This document shows, piece by piece, positions 30,706 through 46,372 of a DNA stretch of 51,461 nt. A program made the position numbers and the translations under genes. Source of the stretch: an uncultured cyanobacterium (GTDB taxonomy: Bacteria > Cyanobacteriota > Cyanobacteriia > Cyanobacteriales > Microcystaceae); contig CAWEDJ010000044.1 in the NCBI GenBank assembly GCA_963807635.1, positions 1-51,461 on the forward strand, read 5' to 3'. Position 1 is the first letter of the stretch. The number at the start of each line of letters is the position of its first letter. The notes under the pieces were generated by a model, which worked only from the letters and a program-made list of their open reading frames with translations, was not told where the DNA came from and searched no databases.

Positions 30706-31769
30706 TCAGGATTTTTCTGAGAGATCGGAAAAGTCTTTTTTTGTTTCTTCTAATAGCCTTTTTTCTTCCTGTAGTAATCCCATCCAAATAGCAATCATAC
30801 CCGCAATAGGAATAGAGAGAAAAACCCCCAATAATCCTGCCACTCGTTCCCCAATAAAGAGAGCCAAAAAGAGAATAACAGGGTTTAATTCTAGAGCATT
30901 TCCCATCACTTTAGGACGAATAATATTATCTTGAATTTGTTGCAGTATGATAGAACCAACAATGACCTTGATCGCGATCGCAATTCCCCTGGGAACTGAA
31001 AACTAGTAACGTCACAATTAAAACGCCGAGGGTCGCACCAATACCAGGAATTGCATCCAGCACGCCTATAATCAGCGCGAAAACCAGAGAATAATTAACC
31101 CCTAAAACAGTAAACACAACAAAACTGGCGATGGATAAAAATACCATTAAGGCAATTTGTCCCCGTATAAAACCCAGAAAACTTTGGCGAAAGGTCTGGG
31201 CAAAGCGATCGCGGTAAGCAATAGGCAATAAATTAAGAAAAGACTGCCAAAGCTTGTCACCATCAATCAGCATATAAAGACCAATCACTGCGCCAAAAAT
31301 TCCCGCAAACACACTGGAAAAAATGCCTTGCAAAATACCTAAACCCGACGCTAAACCCGTTTGTAATTTATCAATCACTTTGCCAATATCTAAACGTTCC
31401 AAAAAATCCTGGTAGGGCAGTAAATCTTGTTGTTTGAGTGCATCCTTGAGATGGCTGACTAACCCCTGACCCTGACTAACTGCCTGGAGTCCGATGCCTG
31501 TGACCAATGCCAACATTAAGGCTAGGGCGACCATAAAGGTAATCGCGATCGCCAAATCCCCTGGGAATATAGCGCGACAACCAAGCCACAGGATAATTTA
31601 ACAGGGCGGCAAAAATTCCTGCGGCGGTAAATAGCGCGATCGTGCTGTAAAAATAATTAATCAGGAGAATCGTGACCCAGGCAGAGCCAAACAACAATAA
31701 ATAGCGGATTAATCGAGAATTGCTCAAATATTCCCAAAAGTTTTCTGTGTTTGAGTTTTGTTTATCCAT
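30706..31769 (-). CDS. AI-2E family transporter; frameshifts near 31555 and 30985, both beside HIP1
   Basis: AALLNYPV, GFIRGQ, DAIPGIGA, ALELNPV...GLLGVFLSIPIAG. Confidence 0.85.
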
Positions 31770-31849
31770 ATCTCGAAAAGAAACTCGACTATTTAAGACT
31801 AAAGCAGAATTGGTCACCAAATTCAGCGATTGAACCCTTACCCTCAAAT

Positions 31850-32194
31850 CTAGTTCCGAAGAAATATCCCCGATTAATTAGAATTTTTGTGGATAAAGGA
31901 TTTTTGGGAAAAGATTTTATACGTCTAAATATACGTCTAAATAATGGATACTTTTGGTTTATTCGGTCGTCAGTTTTACGGTCGGATACAATGGAAGGTC
32001 TTGTCGTTTTGCCTAAACCTTGAGTAATGGAACGAGTCTTTGGATGGTTTAATTATTGGCAACGTTTAAGTAAAGATTATGAAGCTTTGCTTGAAACTTT
32101 TAAGGCCTTTCATTGATATCGGGATAACTCGTCTGATGTTACAACAATTGGCATAAATGCACTACACTACCTATGACCCTTTTCAAACGCCCTC
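31850..32194 (+). mobile_element. IS5-family relic: degenerate 3' transposase and right end
   Basis: KYPRLIRIFVDKGF...VVLPKP*VMERVFGWFNYWQRLSKDYE; end TTTCAAACGCCCTC; 12-bp tandem duplication ATACGTCTAAAT at 31919-31942. Confidence 0.8.
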
Positions 32195-32477
32195 TCATTC
32201 CTAACTTCCATTACCACTCCTTAAATCTCTCCCATTGATAAGCTGTCATTTTAGAGTAGCCGATAGCAGATAACTTTATCTTTGACCTCTATCATTGTAT
32301 AGAGACTTAGGGGAAAAATTCGTTATAATGGCGGAGTGACTTGATTAACCAAACTCTTTGTAATCCTTGACACAACAGGCCCAAGGCAATTTATCAAAGT
32401 TATCATCAAGCATAATCGTCGAAAAAAGTTGATCCTGTACAAAGCTTTACTGAAAACCATCTTACGAGGAAAAGCGT

Positions 32478-32918
32478 GTGATTTCTATTTCACTGCCTCC
32501 CACTAAGCGAAGCTGGAGTACTTTAAGCTTCAATTCTACCCTTTATCTTTATCCCGTCCTAGATTTACTCCTAGCCAATATTCCCTCTGAAATTCGATAC
32601 GAAATTCGGTTGGGTTTACAAGAAGCCCTCGTTAATGCCGCTAAACACGGAAATAAACTTGATCCCAGTAAATCGGTTGTGGTCAGCTTTTTGATTTCTA
32701 AATCGGGCTATTCCTGGGTTATCTCAGACCAAGGAGACGGTTTTACCCCAAAATGCGATTGCGAACTTCATGTTAACTGTGCCACTGCCTTACTTCCTCC
32801 CGACGAATCGGAAAGTGGAAGGGGCTTATGTATTCTTCATCAGGTTTTTGATCAAGTTCAATGGAATGCCAAAGGAACGCAGTTAAAGTTAAGCAAACAG
32901 ACCTGTAGAAGCAGGTGA
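32478..32918 (+). CDS. pmgA: Anti-sigma-factor-like kinase PmgA (HATPase_c)
   Basis: SFNSTLYLYPVLDLLL..EIRLGLQEALVNAAKHGN, ISDQGDGF, ESGRGLCI. Confidence 0.88.
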   Translation: MISISLPPTKRSWSTLSFNSTLYLYPVLDLLLANIPSEIRYEIRLGLQEALVNAAKHGNKLDPSKSVVVSFLISKSGYSWVISDQGDGFTPKCDCELHVNCATALLPPDESESGRGLCILHQVFDQVQWNAKGTQLKLSKQTCRSR

Positions 32919-32969
32919 GGGATAAATTTCATCGAAATCCCTAGAGATCCCCAAAAATTAGCGATTAAA

Positions 32970-34490
32970 CTAATCAGACGATCCTAAAAATAATTTATAG
33001 GCAGGGTTCTCGCTTTCATTACAATAAGGATAGCCCAAGGTATCCAGAAAAGCTTGCCATTCTCCCATTTCATCGGGGGGAACCTGCATTCCTACCACAA
33101 TGCGCCCATAATCGGCTCCATGATTGCGATAGTGGAAAAGGCTAATATTCCAGTCGGGACTCATACAGTCGAGAAATTTCATCAATGCCCCAGGCCGTTC
33201 GGGAAATTCAAATCGATAGAGCAATTCATGACTCGCTAAAGGCGATCGCCCGCCGACCATATGACGAAGATGGAGTTTGGTCAGTTCATCATCGGTGAGA
33301 TCAAGGGTTTTAAAACCGTTTTTTTCAAAGATTTCTACAATGCGGCTGGCATCACGCGGTTTTGAATTTGTAACCCGACGAAAATATGGGCTTCTGTGCG
33401 ATCGGCAATGCGATAATTAAATTCCGTCAGATTACTTTTGCCTAAACATTTCACAAAATTTGCGTAAACTGCCTGGTTTTTCGGGAATGTTGACCGCAAA
33501 AATCGCTTCTCGTCGTTCTCCAATTCAGCCCGTTCGCACAAAGCGCAAGCGATCAAAGTTCATATTTGCACCACAGGCGATCGCGATTAGGGTTTGTCCC
33601 GTAATTTGTTCTCGTTCTACATAGGCCTTGGCTCCAGCGATCGCCAAGGCCCCAGCAGGTTCTAAAATCGATCGAGTATCTTCAAAAACATCCTTAATAG
33701 CCGCACAAATATCATCAGTATCCGACTAAAATAACTTCATCCACATATTGCTGACAGAGACGAAAGGTTTCTTCCCCCACTTCCCTTACTGCGACCCCAT
33801 CGGCAAATAGACCCACTTGATCTAAGCGCACTCGATGCCCAGCTTTGAGGGATTGGGACATGGCATCGGAATCAACGGGTTCTACGCCAATAATTTTAAT
33901 ATCGGGACATAATCGCTTGACATAGGCAGGCAATCCCTGAAATTAAGCCACCACCACCAATCGCGACAAAAATGGCGTGAATGGGTTTTTGATACTGGCG
34001 CAGAATTTCCATGCCAATGGTTCCCTGACCCGCAATTACATCGGGATCATCAAAGGGATGAATAAAGGTTAACCCCTTTTCTGCTTCCAGTTGACGGGCA
34101 TAGCCATAGGCATCATCAAAGGTATCGCCATGAAGGATCACCTCTCCGCCCCGTAATTTGACCGCATCAATTTTTACCTGGGGAGTCGTTGTCGGGCATG
34201 ACAATAATCGCTTTTGTTCCCAACTTAGACGCACCTAGGGCAACTCCCTGGGCATGATTTCCCGCAGAAGCTGCAATTACCCCTTTTGCTAATAATTCTG
34301 GTGGTAATTGAGCCATTTTGTTGTAGGCTCCCCGCAATTTAAAGGAAAAGACTGACTGCATATCTTCTCGTTTCAGCAAAAGCCGATTATTAAGCCGGGC
34401 CGACAAGTTGGGGGCATAATCTAAGGGGGTTTCCTTGGCAACATCATAAACACGGGCTTTTAAAATACGTTCAAGATAATCGGAAGACAT
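32970..34490 (-). CDS. ilvA: Biosynthetic threonine ammonia-lyase; several apparent frameshifts
   Basis: [43 protein letters not shown] domain FPERPGAL. Confidence 0.95.
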
Positions 34491-34528
34491 GATTTTTCGG
34501 TGATGCAAATAGCCCCTCAATTTTTATT

Positions 34529-35490
34529 TTAGCCACGCCACACCTGTTCTAAAATCGTTGCGGGTTTGATATCGGCAATTTTAAGGCTCGGAGATCAGAG
34601 GTCCAACAAATCGATCCTGATTAGGCGGCAGAGATTTGCTGACTTGGGTGGGGCCAAACAGGGCAATGGTATAGGTTCCTACGGCGATCGACAGGTGCAT
34701 GGGTGCGCTATCCGTACAAAGCATTAAGTTCGCCCCCGCAATCATCGCAGCAAGTTTTCCAATATCCGGGCATTGAACAATTTTAAGATTGGCGTGATTT
34801 TCGCGCATTTCCGCGATCCATTCGGCATCATCGGGATCTTGCAGTAACACAATGGAAAGTTTGGGCTGTTTTTGTTGAATATCGTCAATAATCGTTTGCC
34901 ATTGTTCCACGGGATAAATTCGATCCAACCCTTCGATACGGGACTGTTTATTTAATCCATCATGAATCAAAATATAGCCATTTTCCTTTAAATCTAGGCG
35001 GTTTTGTTCTGCTTCGGCCCACTGGATATCCTCTTTGGGAACGGCAACTTTGAGAGGGGGACAGGGGGTTTTGATGCCAAAGCCTTTGACTAGGTCATGG
35101 TAAAGAAAGGCTTCGTATTGATCCATGTTGAGAGGAACGGGATCGGATAAAAAGTAGGATTTGCCCGTTTGATAAGCAACTCGTTTGGGGATGCCATTCA
35201 GCCAGAGCAACAGCCCGATCGCCCAGTCTGTCCCCAAGCTCAGGGCCGCACGTATTCGCGATCGCGGATAATGCCAAGCAGATTGAGGTAATCGGCCAAT
35301 CCATTGCGGTCTTTAAAATCAAACAGGAGAACTTCATGGACGTAGGGACAAACCCGATAGGCTGATTTAGCGCGAGGCTCTACGATCACATCGATCACTG
35401 CTTGTGGATATTGTTTTTTGAGGCTCTCTAGGGTGGAAAAAAGAGGAGTTGATCGCCAATTCCCCCAGGAACAAGTGCTAAGATTCGCAT
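34529..35490 (-). CDS. Glycosyltransferase family 9 (heptosyltransferase-like); apparent frameshifts
   Basis: MRILALVPGGIGDQ start at 35490; CTDSAPMHL...TIALFGPT; tail IADIKPATILEQVWRG*. Confidence 0.88.
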
Positions 35491-35660
35491 CTTTCGGTAT
35501 CCTTTTAATCGGTAATCGGTAGCTACGGGCTGATTTATTCACAAATTATCTGCTTAACTATAGCAAGTTTTGAGCTTTAGGGAAGCGAATCGTTCAAGAT
35601 AAGTTTTGGTGGGGAATGATCCCCTGGTCTCACCTTGGACGCGCTCCCTTTGCTTGAATT

Positions 35661-39314
<3,654 letters not shown>

Positions 39315-39487
39315 TTAAAGACTCACTGAACATAATCTGAAGCGATTTTTATTATGGGGTCGAGTCTGGGTTTTTGATTCTGTTTTTAATCTTACTTAAG
39401 TCTCAATCTATATAGATTATACAAATTCTTAGCTTCAAAAAAGACTATTATTTACTTAATTTTAATTTAGGCATTCATTATTTAGGA

Positions 39488-40527
39488 TTGTACAGCATTA
39501 TCAAGATGCAAGAAGATAGGCAAAATGGAACAATCGGGCGCAGAAGATTTCTTTCCAACATGGTGATGGGAACGGGTCTTGCCTTGGGTCATTGGGGTTG
39601 CCAACCCACCCCCCAAATTACCAATTTACGCATTGGGATTAATGATTGGATTGGCTACGCGATCGCGCGCTATGCCCAAAAAGCAGGAATCATGGAAAAA
39701 CGGGGCCTGCAAATTGATTTGATTGAATTTGTAAATTTGCAAGATGCCACCAGGGCTATGTTACAGGGATCATTAGATGCCACTTTTTCGACCATTTGGG
39801 ATTTAATGAGTACAAGCGTTACTTCTGTCCAACCTGTGATTTTGCTTGTCACTAATGTGTCTCATGGTTCTGACGGTATAGTGACCGCTCTCCTCTGAAA
39901 TCAATGGAAGATCTCTCAGGTAAACGAGTTGGCGTTAAATTAGGTACAGTTAATGAGCTTATTCTATTAGAAGCCCTTAAACTTCACAAAATTTCGCCAA
40001 AAGCCATTAAGATGGTCGATATTTCTAATGAAATAGCCGCGAATGAACTCCGAAACAACAAAATTGATGCCGCCGTGATGTGGCAACCCCTGTTAAGTGA
40101 AATTGCCCAGGAAATTCAAGGCTCAATCGTTTATACAACGAAAAATCAAGACAGTCTTGTGGTAGATATATTGGCGGCGACAAACCAGAGTTTTCAAGAA
40201 AAAAAGGCGGCTTTTGGTCAATTTATCTGGGCTTGGTTTGATACAATGGCAATTTTAAAACAAGAACCCGAAATCATTTTTCAATTTTTAGAAAAAGAAT
40301 TAGGTCAGCCCCGTGACAGTTTGAGTGATAGTTATGCAGGCTTAAAACCTGGAAATTTTGATCTTAATCGCCAAATGCTTGGTCAACCTCAAAATATCAA
40401 TCTTATATTATCTCAAATCAATGATCTCTTAATACAAAATAATCACGCACAAAGTATTCATTCTCCTATCATAATTCCCTCTGATTTCCTTAATTCTAGC
40501 CTCGATCAATGGAACACAATCCCATAA
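39488..40527 (+). CDS. NitT/TauT (SsuA/NMT1-like) substrate-binding protein with Tat-type lipoprotein signal; frameshift near 39893
   Basis: GRRRFL...WGC; IGINDWIGY; NVSHGSDGIV; DLSGKRVGV; DAAVMWQP. Confidence 0.8.
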
Positions 40528-42887
40528 AATCTCAAATTTCTCGTTATCTTTTCTTCTCTGTAGGAGCAACTCTCAGTATTGCTTCACTTGCGCTTCTTTT
40601 TGCCCATAGCTATTTTTCTCAAAAGCTTTTAGAAAAAGAAATTCAACAACGAGCAGACACGATTTCGCGGGGAATTGAATTTGCGACCGAGGGACTGATC
40701 GAATCCCAGCAACCTGTTTTGTTAAAACGAGTAGTTCAAAACTATGCGACCTTACCAGGGGTTATTCAGATCGAAATTATTAGTCCGACGGGACAAATTT
40801 TAACCAGTAGTCCAAATGATCTCCGTGCCAAAACGCTCTGGACACCCGCGCGGATAAAAATTCAATCACAAATTCAAAAAAGTAGTCAAAAAGGATTGAA
40901 GCTGAATATGCCGATCGAGCAGGATGGGCACTCACTTTTTGTGCAAATTTTGCCTTTTAATAGCTCATTGTTCCATGAAAAGAGATTTTTTGGTCAAATT
41001 GTGATCGTTTTAGATATTGAACCTATTCACAAAGAAAATACTCTCAATTTTTTCTGGACATTAGGACTTTCTTTTGCGGGGGTTTTATTTGTCCTGGGGG
41101 GAACCATTTTCTTTTTGAGAAAACGTGTTTTATTGCCGCTACAAAGTATTCAATCTGCAATCACTGAAAATTCTGGAAGCACTCCTTTAGAGATTTCTAG
41201 TATTTATGATGATGAAATTGGTTTTTTAGCTAAAACACTCCAGCAAAAATTTAATGAAACCCAAACCTTAACCACAGAATTAGAGCAACGAGTAAAAGAA
41301 CGGACTAAAGAATTGCAAAATGCCCAAGAATTTCTCCAAAAACTTTTGGACTATTTACCTGTTGCACTTTTTGTTAAAGATGTTTCTCCCGAAATATTTG
41401 GTCAAATAATTCTTTGGAATCACACTTGCGAAAAAATCTTTAACCTCACCGCCGAAGAAATTTTAGGAAAAAATGCCCATGAAATTTATTCAAAAGAGTG
41501 CGCAGAACTTTATGAGTCCCAGGATTGAGAAGCAGTAAACAGTAAAAAAATCATTGAAATTGCCGAAGAACACGTCGAATCTCCAGGACAGGGAACAATT
41601 TACCTCCATACCATTAAAGTTCCTCTGTTCGATAAAAATGGCAAACCCGAATATTTACTCTGTATTTGTGAAGATATTACCGTTCGGAAACAAGCTGAAA
41701 ATGACTTGCAAATACTCAATCAAGACTTAGAACTTAGGGTAGAAGAACGGACACAAGCGGTACGAGAAAGTGAGGCCCGCTATCGGAATTTATTAGATCA
41801 GGCAAGCGATGCAATTTTAATTGCTGATATGCAAGGTAATTTAGTAGAAACTAATCAAAAAGCAATTCAACTGTTAGGCTATAGTAGAAACGAAATTGTT
41901 CAACTAAAATTTGCTGAAATCTATTCACCAGAAGAAATTTTCATTGCCCAAGCTGCCTTTCAAGAAATTATTACTCACGGGCATGGAAAAATTTTAGATA
42001 CCTTGATGATTGGTAAGAATAATCGAATCATTCCCACGGATATTACAGGTAGTTTGATTGAATACAGTGAAACAAGATATATCCAAATCATTGTCAGAGA
42101 TATTAGCGATCGAAAAAAAGCAGAACTAGAAATTCAAAACGCTCTCATTAAAGAACGGGAGCTGAATGAACTTAAAACTCAATTCATTGATGTGGCATCC
42201 CACGAATTTCGGACTCCCTTAACGGTAATTTTAGGGAACACAGAATTTATCATTAAGTATTACCAAAAATTATCAGAAGAGAAGAGATTTGATAATCTTA
42301 ATAAAGTTTTAAAGTCTGCATTAAGACTGAAAGAGATGATCGAAGATGTTTTAGTCCTAAGCCGTCTGACCTCTGATAAAATAACCCTTGAATTACAATC
42401 ATTAAATATCGAGAGCTTTTGTCATGAAGTTGTTGAAGATGTTTTATCTAACTCAGAAAATAAAAATCAAATCATGGTATCTTTGGTAGATGAACTCGGA
42501 CTCGGAAAGCAAATTAATGGCGATCCTAAAATTCTTTATCACATCGTATCTAACTTGTTAAATAATGCAGTTAAATATTCAAAAGAAAATAGCCCGATTG
42601 AATGTGTAATTGAGTTGTCTCAATCTGAAATTATCTTTAAGATTAGCGATCGCGGCATCGGGATTCCCCAAAAAGATCTGGTTAATATTTGTGAGTCCTT
42701 TCATCGTGCGTCTAATGTGGAAAATATTCCTGGAACAGGATTGGGGTTAAATATTGTTAAAAGATACATTGAACTCCATAGCGGCACGCTTGAAATTGAA
42801 AGCGAAGTCAATGTGGGTTCTACTTTTACCGTTAGGTTACCTCGACAAATTCCAGAAAATTTAGACTCCGTATTAACGTTAAAATAG
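40509..42887 (+). CDS. Membrane sensor histidine kinase (2 TM, HAMP, 2 PAS, HisKA, HATPase) with in-frame TGA at 41526-41528
   Basis: The two ORFs are in the same frame and the PAS domain continues through the stop; ASHEFRTPL, NLLNNAVKYS, DRGIGI, GTGLGL. Confidence 0.88.
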
Positions 42888-42918
42888 ATTTTTATTATTC
42901 AATTTATCTTACAAAAAA

Positions 42919-43416
42919 ATGATTTTTCCTCAGCGTATCCAACCCGAACCAGGCCAAGAATCCGTCTGGGATTATCCCCGCCCGCCCCGCATTGAGCAAT
43001 CCAATCAACGCATTCAAGTCGTTTTTCGAGATGTAACGATCGCCGATAGTGTCCGTAGTCAACGTATCCTAGAAACCAGTCATCCCCCCGTGTACTATAT
43101 TCCGCCCGAAGATGTGGATATGAGCTATATTCAGCCCAGTTCCCATCAATCCTACTGTGAATGGAAGGGGATCGCCCATTACTACACGATCGCGGTGGGA
43201 GAAGAAAAAAGTATTAATGCAGCGTGGTATTACCCCAATCCTACGGATTATTTTGCGGTGTTAAAAAATTATCTTGCTTTTTATCCCAGCCGAGTGGATG
43301 CTTGCTATGTCGATGGAGAGAGTGTGACAGCCCAAACGGGGGATTTTTATGGGGGATGGATTACTAAAAATATTGTCGGCCCCTTCAAAGGAGGGATGGG
43401 AACAAGGGGCTGGTAG
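42919..43416 (+). CDS. DUF427 (NTP_transf_9) protein
   Basis: ESVWDYPRPP, LETSHPPVYYIP, CEWKG.A.YY, FYGGWIT. Confidence 0.9.
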   Translation: MIFPQRIQPEPGQESVWDYPRPPRIEQSNQRIQVVFRDVTIADSVRSQRILETSHPPVYYIPPEDVDMSYIQPSSHQSYCEWKGIAHYYTIAVGEEKSINAAWYYPNPTDYFAVLKNYLAFYPSRVDACYVDGESVTAQTGDFYGGWITKNIVGPFKGGMGTRGW

Positions 43417-43508
43417 GTTGATTGCTAAGTTTGGGACGAAATAACCTAAAAATTGTGAAACTGCTCGTTTTCCTAAAAATATAGCTTCTGATAAAATGCC
43501 CAAAATTG

Positions 43509-43590
43509 AAAAAAAGGAAAAGCTTTAAGGAGTCTTTCCGTGTTTCGACCCTCTCGACTTTTCCTTTATTTAATCTTACTCCTCACACAC
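43509..43590 (-). ncRNA. yfr2: Yfr2-family small RNA
   Basis: Minus strand starts GTGTGTGAGGAG, long stem AAAGGAAAAG...CTTTTCCTTT with loop GGTCGAAACACGGAAAGACT, T-tail; -10 TATATT at 43597-43602. Confidence 0.85.
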
Positions 43591-43690
43591 CACCAAAATA
43601 TAACAAGCTTCTAAAAAGTTAGACAGAAGCATTGTGACACTTTCAGAATTGGCACAGGTTTTGGGATTGGCGTTTAGAAATTGAAATGTC

Positions 43691-44188
43691 CTAATGAGTT
43701 GATTCTTCTTTGTCGGGTAGTTTTTGGTGGGTTCCAGTGAAATTGAGCTTGAGATTTGACCACTGCATTTGACCGACGAGGGTTTTGTTCTGAAACTGGC
43801 TTTGAAGTTGGATTTCTGGGGAAGCGTTGCCTGCGGACTGGGGACAGTTGCCTAATTTGTCGGTTTTACCCACTAGGGAAAAGGGCTGCGATCGCGTAGG
43901 AACTTTTTCTGTAATGATATTTCCCAATAGTCCATTGAGCTTGATCGTTTGGGTTTGGGTGGTTAATCTTCCCGTGAGATAAATGCCTGATTGGGCGATC
44001 GCTAAACTCAGCTTTTCAGACTTTAAACAATCGGGTAAATTTTGACTTTCTAGGAGATAATTGCCTGAAATATTGGGGGGAGCCTTGAGAGAACTTTCAC
44101 CATAGACACTGACAATATTAAATAAAACCAGCACAGAGCCGATCATGACACCATAGAACGTGAGACTTTTGAGATTAAAATGACCCAT
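43691..44188 (-). CDS. Hypothetical membrane-anchored protein, probably cotranscribed with the antiporter
   Basis: N-terminal TM; 30 bp downstream of the antiporter stop. Confidence 0.75.
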   Translation of the reverse strand: MGHFNLKSLTFYGVMIGSVLVLFNIVSVYGESSLKAPPNISGNYLLESQNLPDCLKSEKLSLAIAQSGIYLTGRLTTQTQTIKLNGLLGNIITEKVPTRSQPFSLVGKTDKLGNCPQSAGNASPEIQLQSQFQNKTLVGQMQWSNLKLNFTGTHQKLPDKEESTH

Positions 44189-44218
44189 AAATTTGACCTA
44201 GTTTTTAGTCTAAAAAAA

Positions 44219-46372
44219 TCAACTGACAGGAGCTTTTTGAATAAGGGAAGCTAGGTGACTAATCACACGAGAATAACGGCGAGTAATTAATAAAGAGGAA
44301 TGACAATCTTGGGCTAATTCATCAGTATAACGACCCAAGGTTTGTCGCTCAATTCCCCAGGTTCGACTCGTTCCTGCAATTGTTAAATCCACCTCTCTAG
44401 AGGCTTCAACTACCGCCTTAATCGGTTCAGCATCTTTTAATTGAACAATTTCAATCCGTGATCTGACGGCTTCGGGCAAGATTTCTAGCATTTTTTGAAA
44501 TTCATAACTGGATTCTTCACTATTAGGACTCAGGCTATTAAAGCGTAAAACTTTCAGATAGCGATCAGTATTATTAAATAGCATTCTTAAGGCTAAAGAA
44601 AAGCCTAAATCATCATGAATATTATCGGCGTAGGCAACTAATAGGGAATTTAATTGTTGTTTTTGTTTGTTCACAAATACAGCCACATCAACGGGAGAAT
44701 GGTTCAAAACTTTGCCGACTCTTCCCCCTAAACGATTATCGACAAAAGCAGAACGATGCCAACCCATAATAATTAAATCGGCTTTATCGGCGATCGCGAT
44801 TTGGACAGTTTCTATTGCAATATTATGGGCAGAAGTGACAATAGGATAAATATTCTGACGAATTTCAGGAGGTTCTAAGGTCTCAATTAAATTTTCTAGA
44901 GCATCTCTTCGTTGTTTAATTAAACGATTGGTTTGATCGGGTGTGGTTTGAAATTGATAATTTTCCTGAAATTCAATCAGACTCAAGGGATGAACAATGG
45001 CAGGCCCTTTTCCCGCGATCGCGATCGCTAAATTCAATAAACCTTTTTGGGTCAAAGGGTTAGCAACAGGAACCAAAACTCGATAAATTGGCACAGTTAA
45101 TTCGGTATCTAATTCGGGTGTTTCTTGCTCCACAATATCAAGCCGAATTTTATCCTTGGGATACGTCCATTCCAAGAGGGGCGAAGTCATAAAAGTTGTG
45201 ACTAACGCCATGATGACCAACATAGTAAATAATAAAGGCGTAATGACCCCCAAACTCAAGCCAATATTGAGGACAATTAATTCCGTTAAACCGCGAGTAT
45301 TCATGAGCCAACCGAGGGCCGAAGCATCGCGATTATTAACCCCTGAGACCCTGGCGGCAACATAGGTTCCTACATATTTTCCGGTAATGGCAACCACTAA
45401 AACTGCCCCACACAGTAACCACAATTCGGGACGATTTAATAAACCAATTTCGGTTCTCAGTCCGCTATAGGCAAAGAAAATGGGGAGTAGAAAAATCAGA
45501 ACAAAATCTTCAGTTTTTTCGGCTAATTCTTTCACTAATCCTGCATTTTTAGGCATCACTGCACCGAGTAAAAATGCTCCAAAAATAAAGTGAATCCCAA
45601 TCAATTCGGTAATAATGGCTGAGATAACAATTCCCATATAAATTCCCGCCAGGGTTAACTGGGTCAATCGACCAGTCCGTTTATAATGTATTAGCAATTT
45701 TTGTAACAGTTTTCTGCCAAAGGTAACCATCAGGGTAATATAACCGATCGCCAAAATGACGGTAGGAAAAGCTCCTGTGATTGTCCCCGTTCGAGCAACC
45801 GCGATCGCCAGAGCCAATAAACACCAGGCCGTCACATCATCGACCGCCGCACAGGTCAATGCCAACGTTCCTAATTTTGTTCCTTGTAAATTATTTTCGG
45901 TAATAATTCGTGCTAATACAGGAAAGGCCGTGATAGACATAGCCGCCCCCAAAAAGAGGGCAAAAGCCGTGAAAGGAACATCGGCATTAGAGACCAAAGG
46001 ATAAAGTAAGAGAGCTAAAATACTGCCCAAAGAAAAAGGGACTAAAATGCTAACGTGGGAAGTCAAAATAGCAGTTTCTAATTGTCCCGACAAATATTTA
46101 GGATTAAGCTCTAACCCGATTAAAAACATGAAGAAAATCAAGCCAATTTGAGACAAAATATTGAGGTAAGGCAAGGTTTCAACGGGAAAAAGCCAAAGCT
46201 TAAAATCGGGAGCAACTAATCCCAATAGAGAAGGCCCTAACAAAATTCCTGCAATAATTTCGCCTATCACTAAGGGTTGCTGAATTTGACGGCAAGCCGC
46301 CCCCATTAACCGAGAGAAGCCAATAACAATCACAATTTGAATCAAAACCAGAACGATCGGCTCAAGATGCAT
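44219..46372 (-). CDS. CPA2 cation/H+ antiporter with C-terminal USP-like domains (NhaS4-like)
   Basis: QPLVIGEIIAGILLGPS, SITAFPVLARI, AAVDDVTAW, LMNTRGLTEL; RVLVPVANP. Confidence 0.92.
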   Translation of the reverse strand: MHLEPIVLVLIQIVIVIGFSRLMGAACRQIQQPLVIGEIIAGILLGPSLLGLVAPDFKLWLFPVETLPYLNILSQIGLIFFMFLIGLELNPKYLSGQLETAILTSHVSILVPFSLGSILALLLYPLVSNADVPFTAFALFLGAAMSITAFPVLARIITENNLQGTKLGTLALTCAAVDDVTAWCLLALAIAVARTGTITGAFPTVILAIGYITLMVTFGRKLLQKLLIHYKRTGRLTQLTLAGIYMGIVISAIITELIGIHFIFGAFLLGAVMPKNAGLVKELAEKTEDFVLIFLLPIFFAYSGLRTEIGLLNRPELWLLCGAVLVVAITGKYVGTYVAARVSGVNNRDASALGWLMNTRGLTELIVLNIGLSLGVITPLLFTMLVIMALVTTFMTSPLLEWTYPKDKIRLDIVEQETPELDTELTVPIYRVLVPVANPLTQKGLLNLAIAIAGKGPAIVHPLSLIEFQENYQFQTTPDQTNRLIKQRRDALENLIETLEPPEIRQNIYPIVTSAHNIAIETVQIAIADKADLIIMGWHRSAFVDNRLGGRVGKVLNHSPVDVAVFVNKQKQQLNSLLVAYADNIHDDLGFSLALRMLFNNTDRYLKVLRFNSLSPNSEESSYEFQKMLEILPEAVRSRIEIVQLKDAEPIKAVVEASREVDLTIAGTSRTWGIERQTLGRYTDELAQDCHSSLLITRRYSRVISHLASLIQKAPVS

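Noticed and set aside
32200..32477. 6S RNA near pmgA
   Set aside because: No 6S-like sequence or long hairpin recognised
32970..34490. Programmed frameshifting or real decay in ilvA
   Set aside because: No slippery motifs; gene is needed for Ile synthesis or otherwise well conserved; indel pattern matches the window-wide errors
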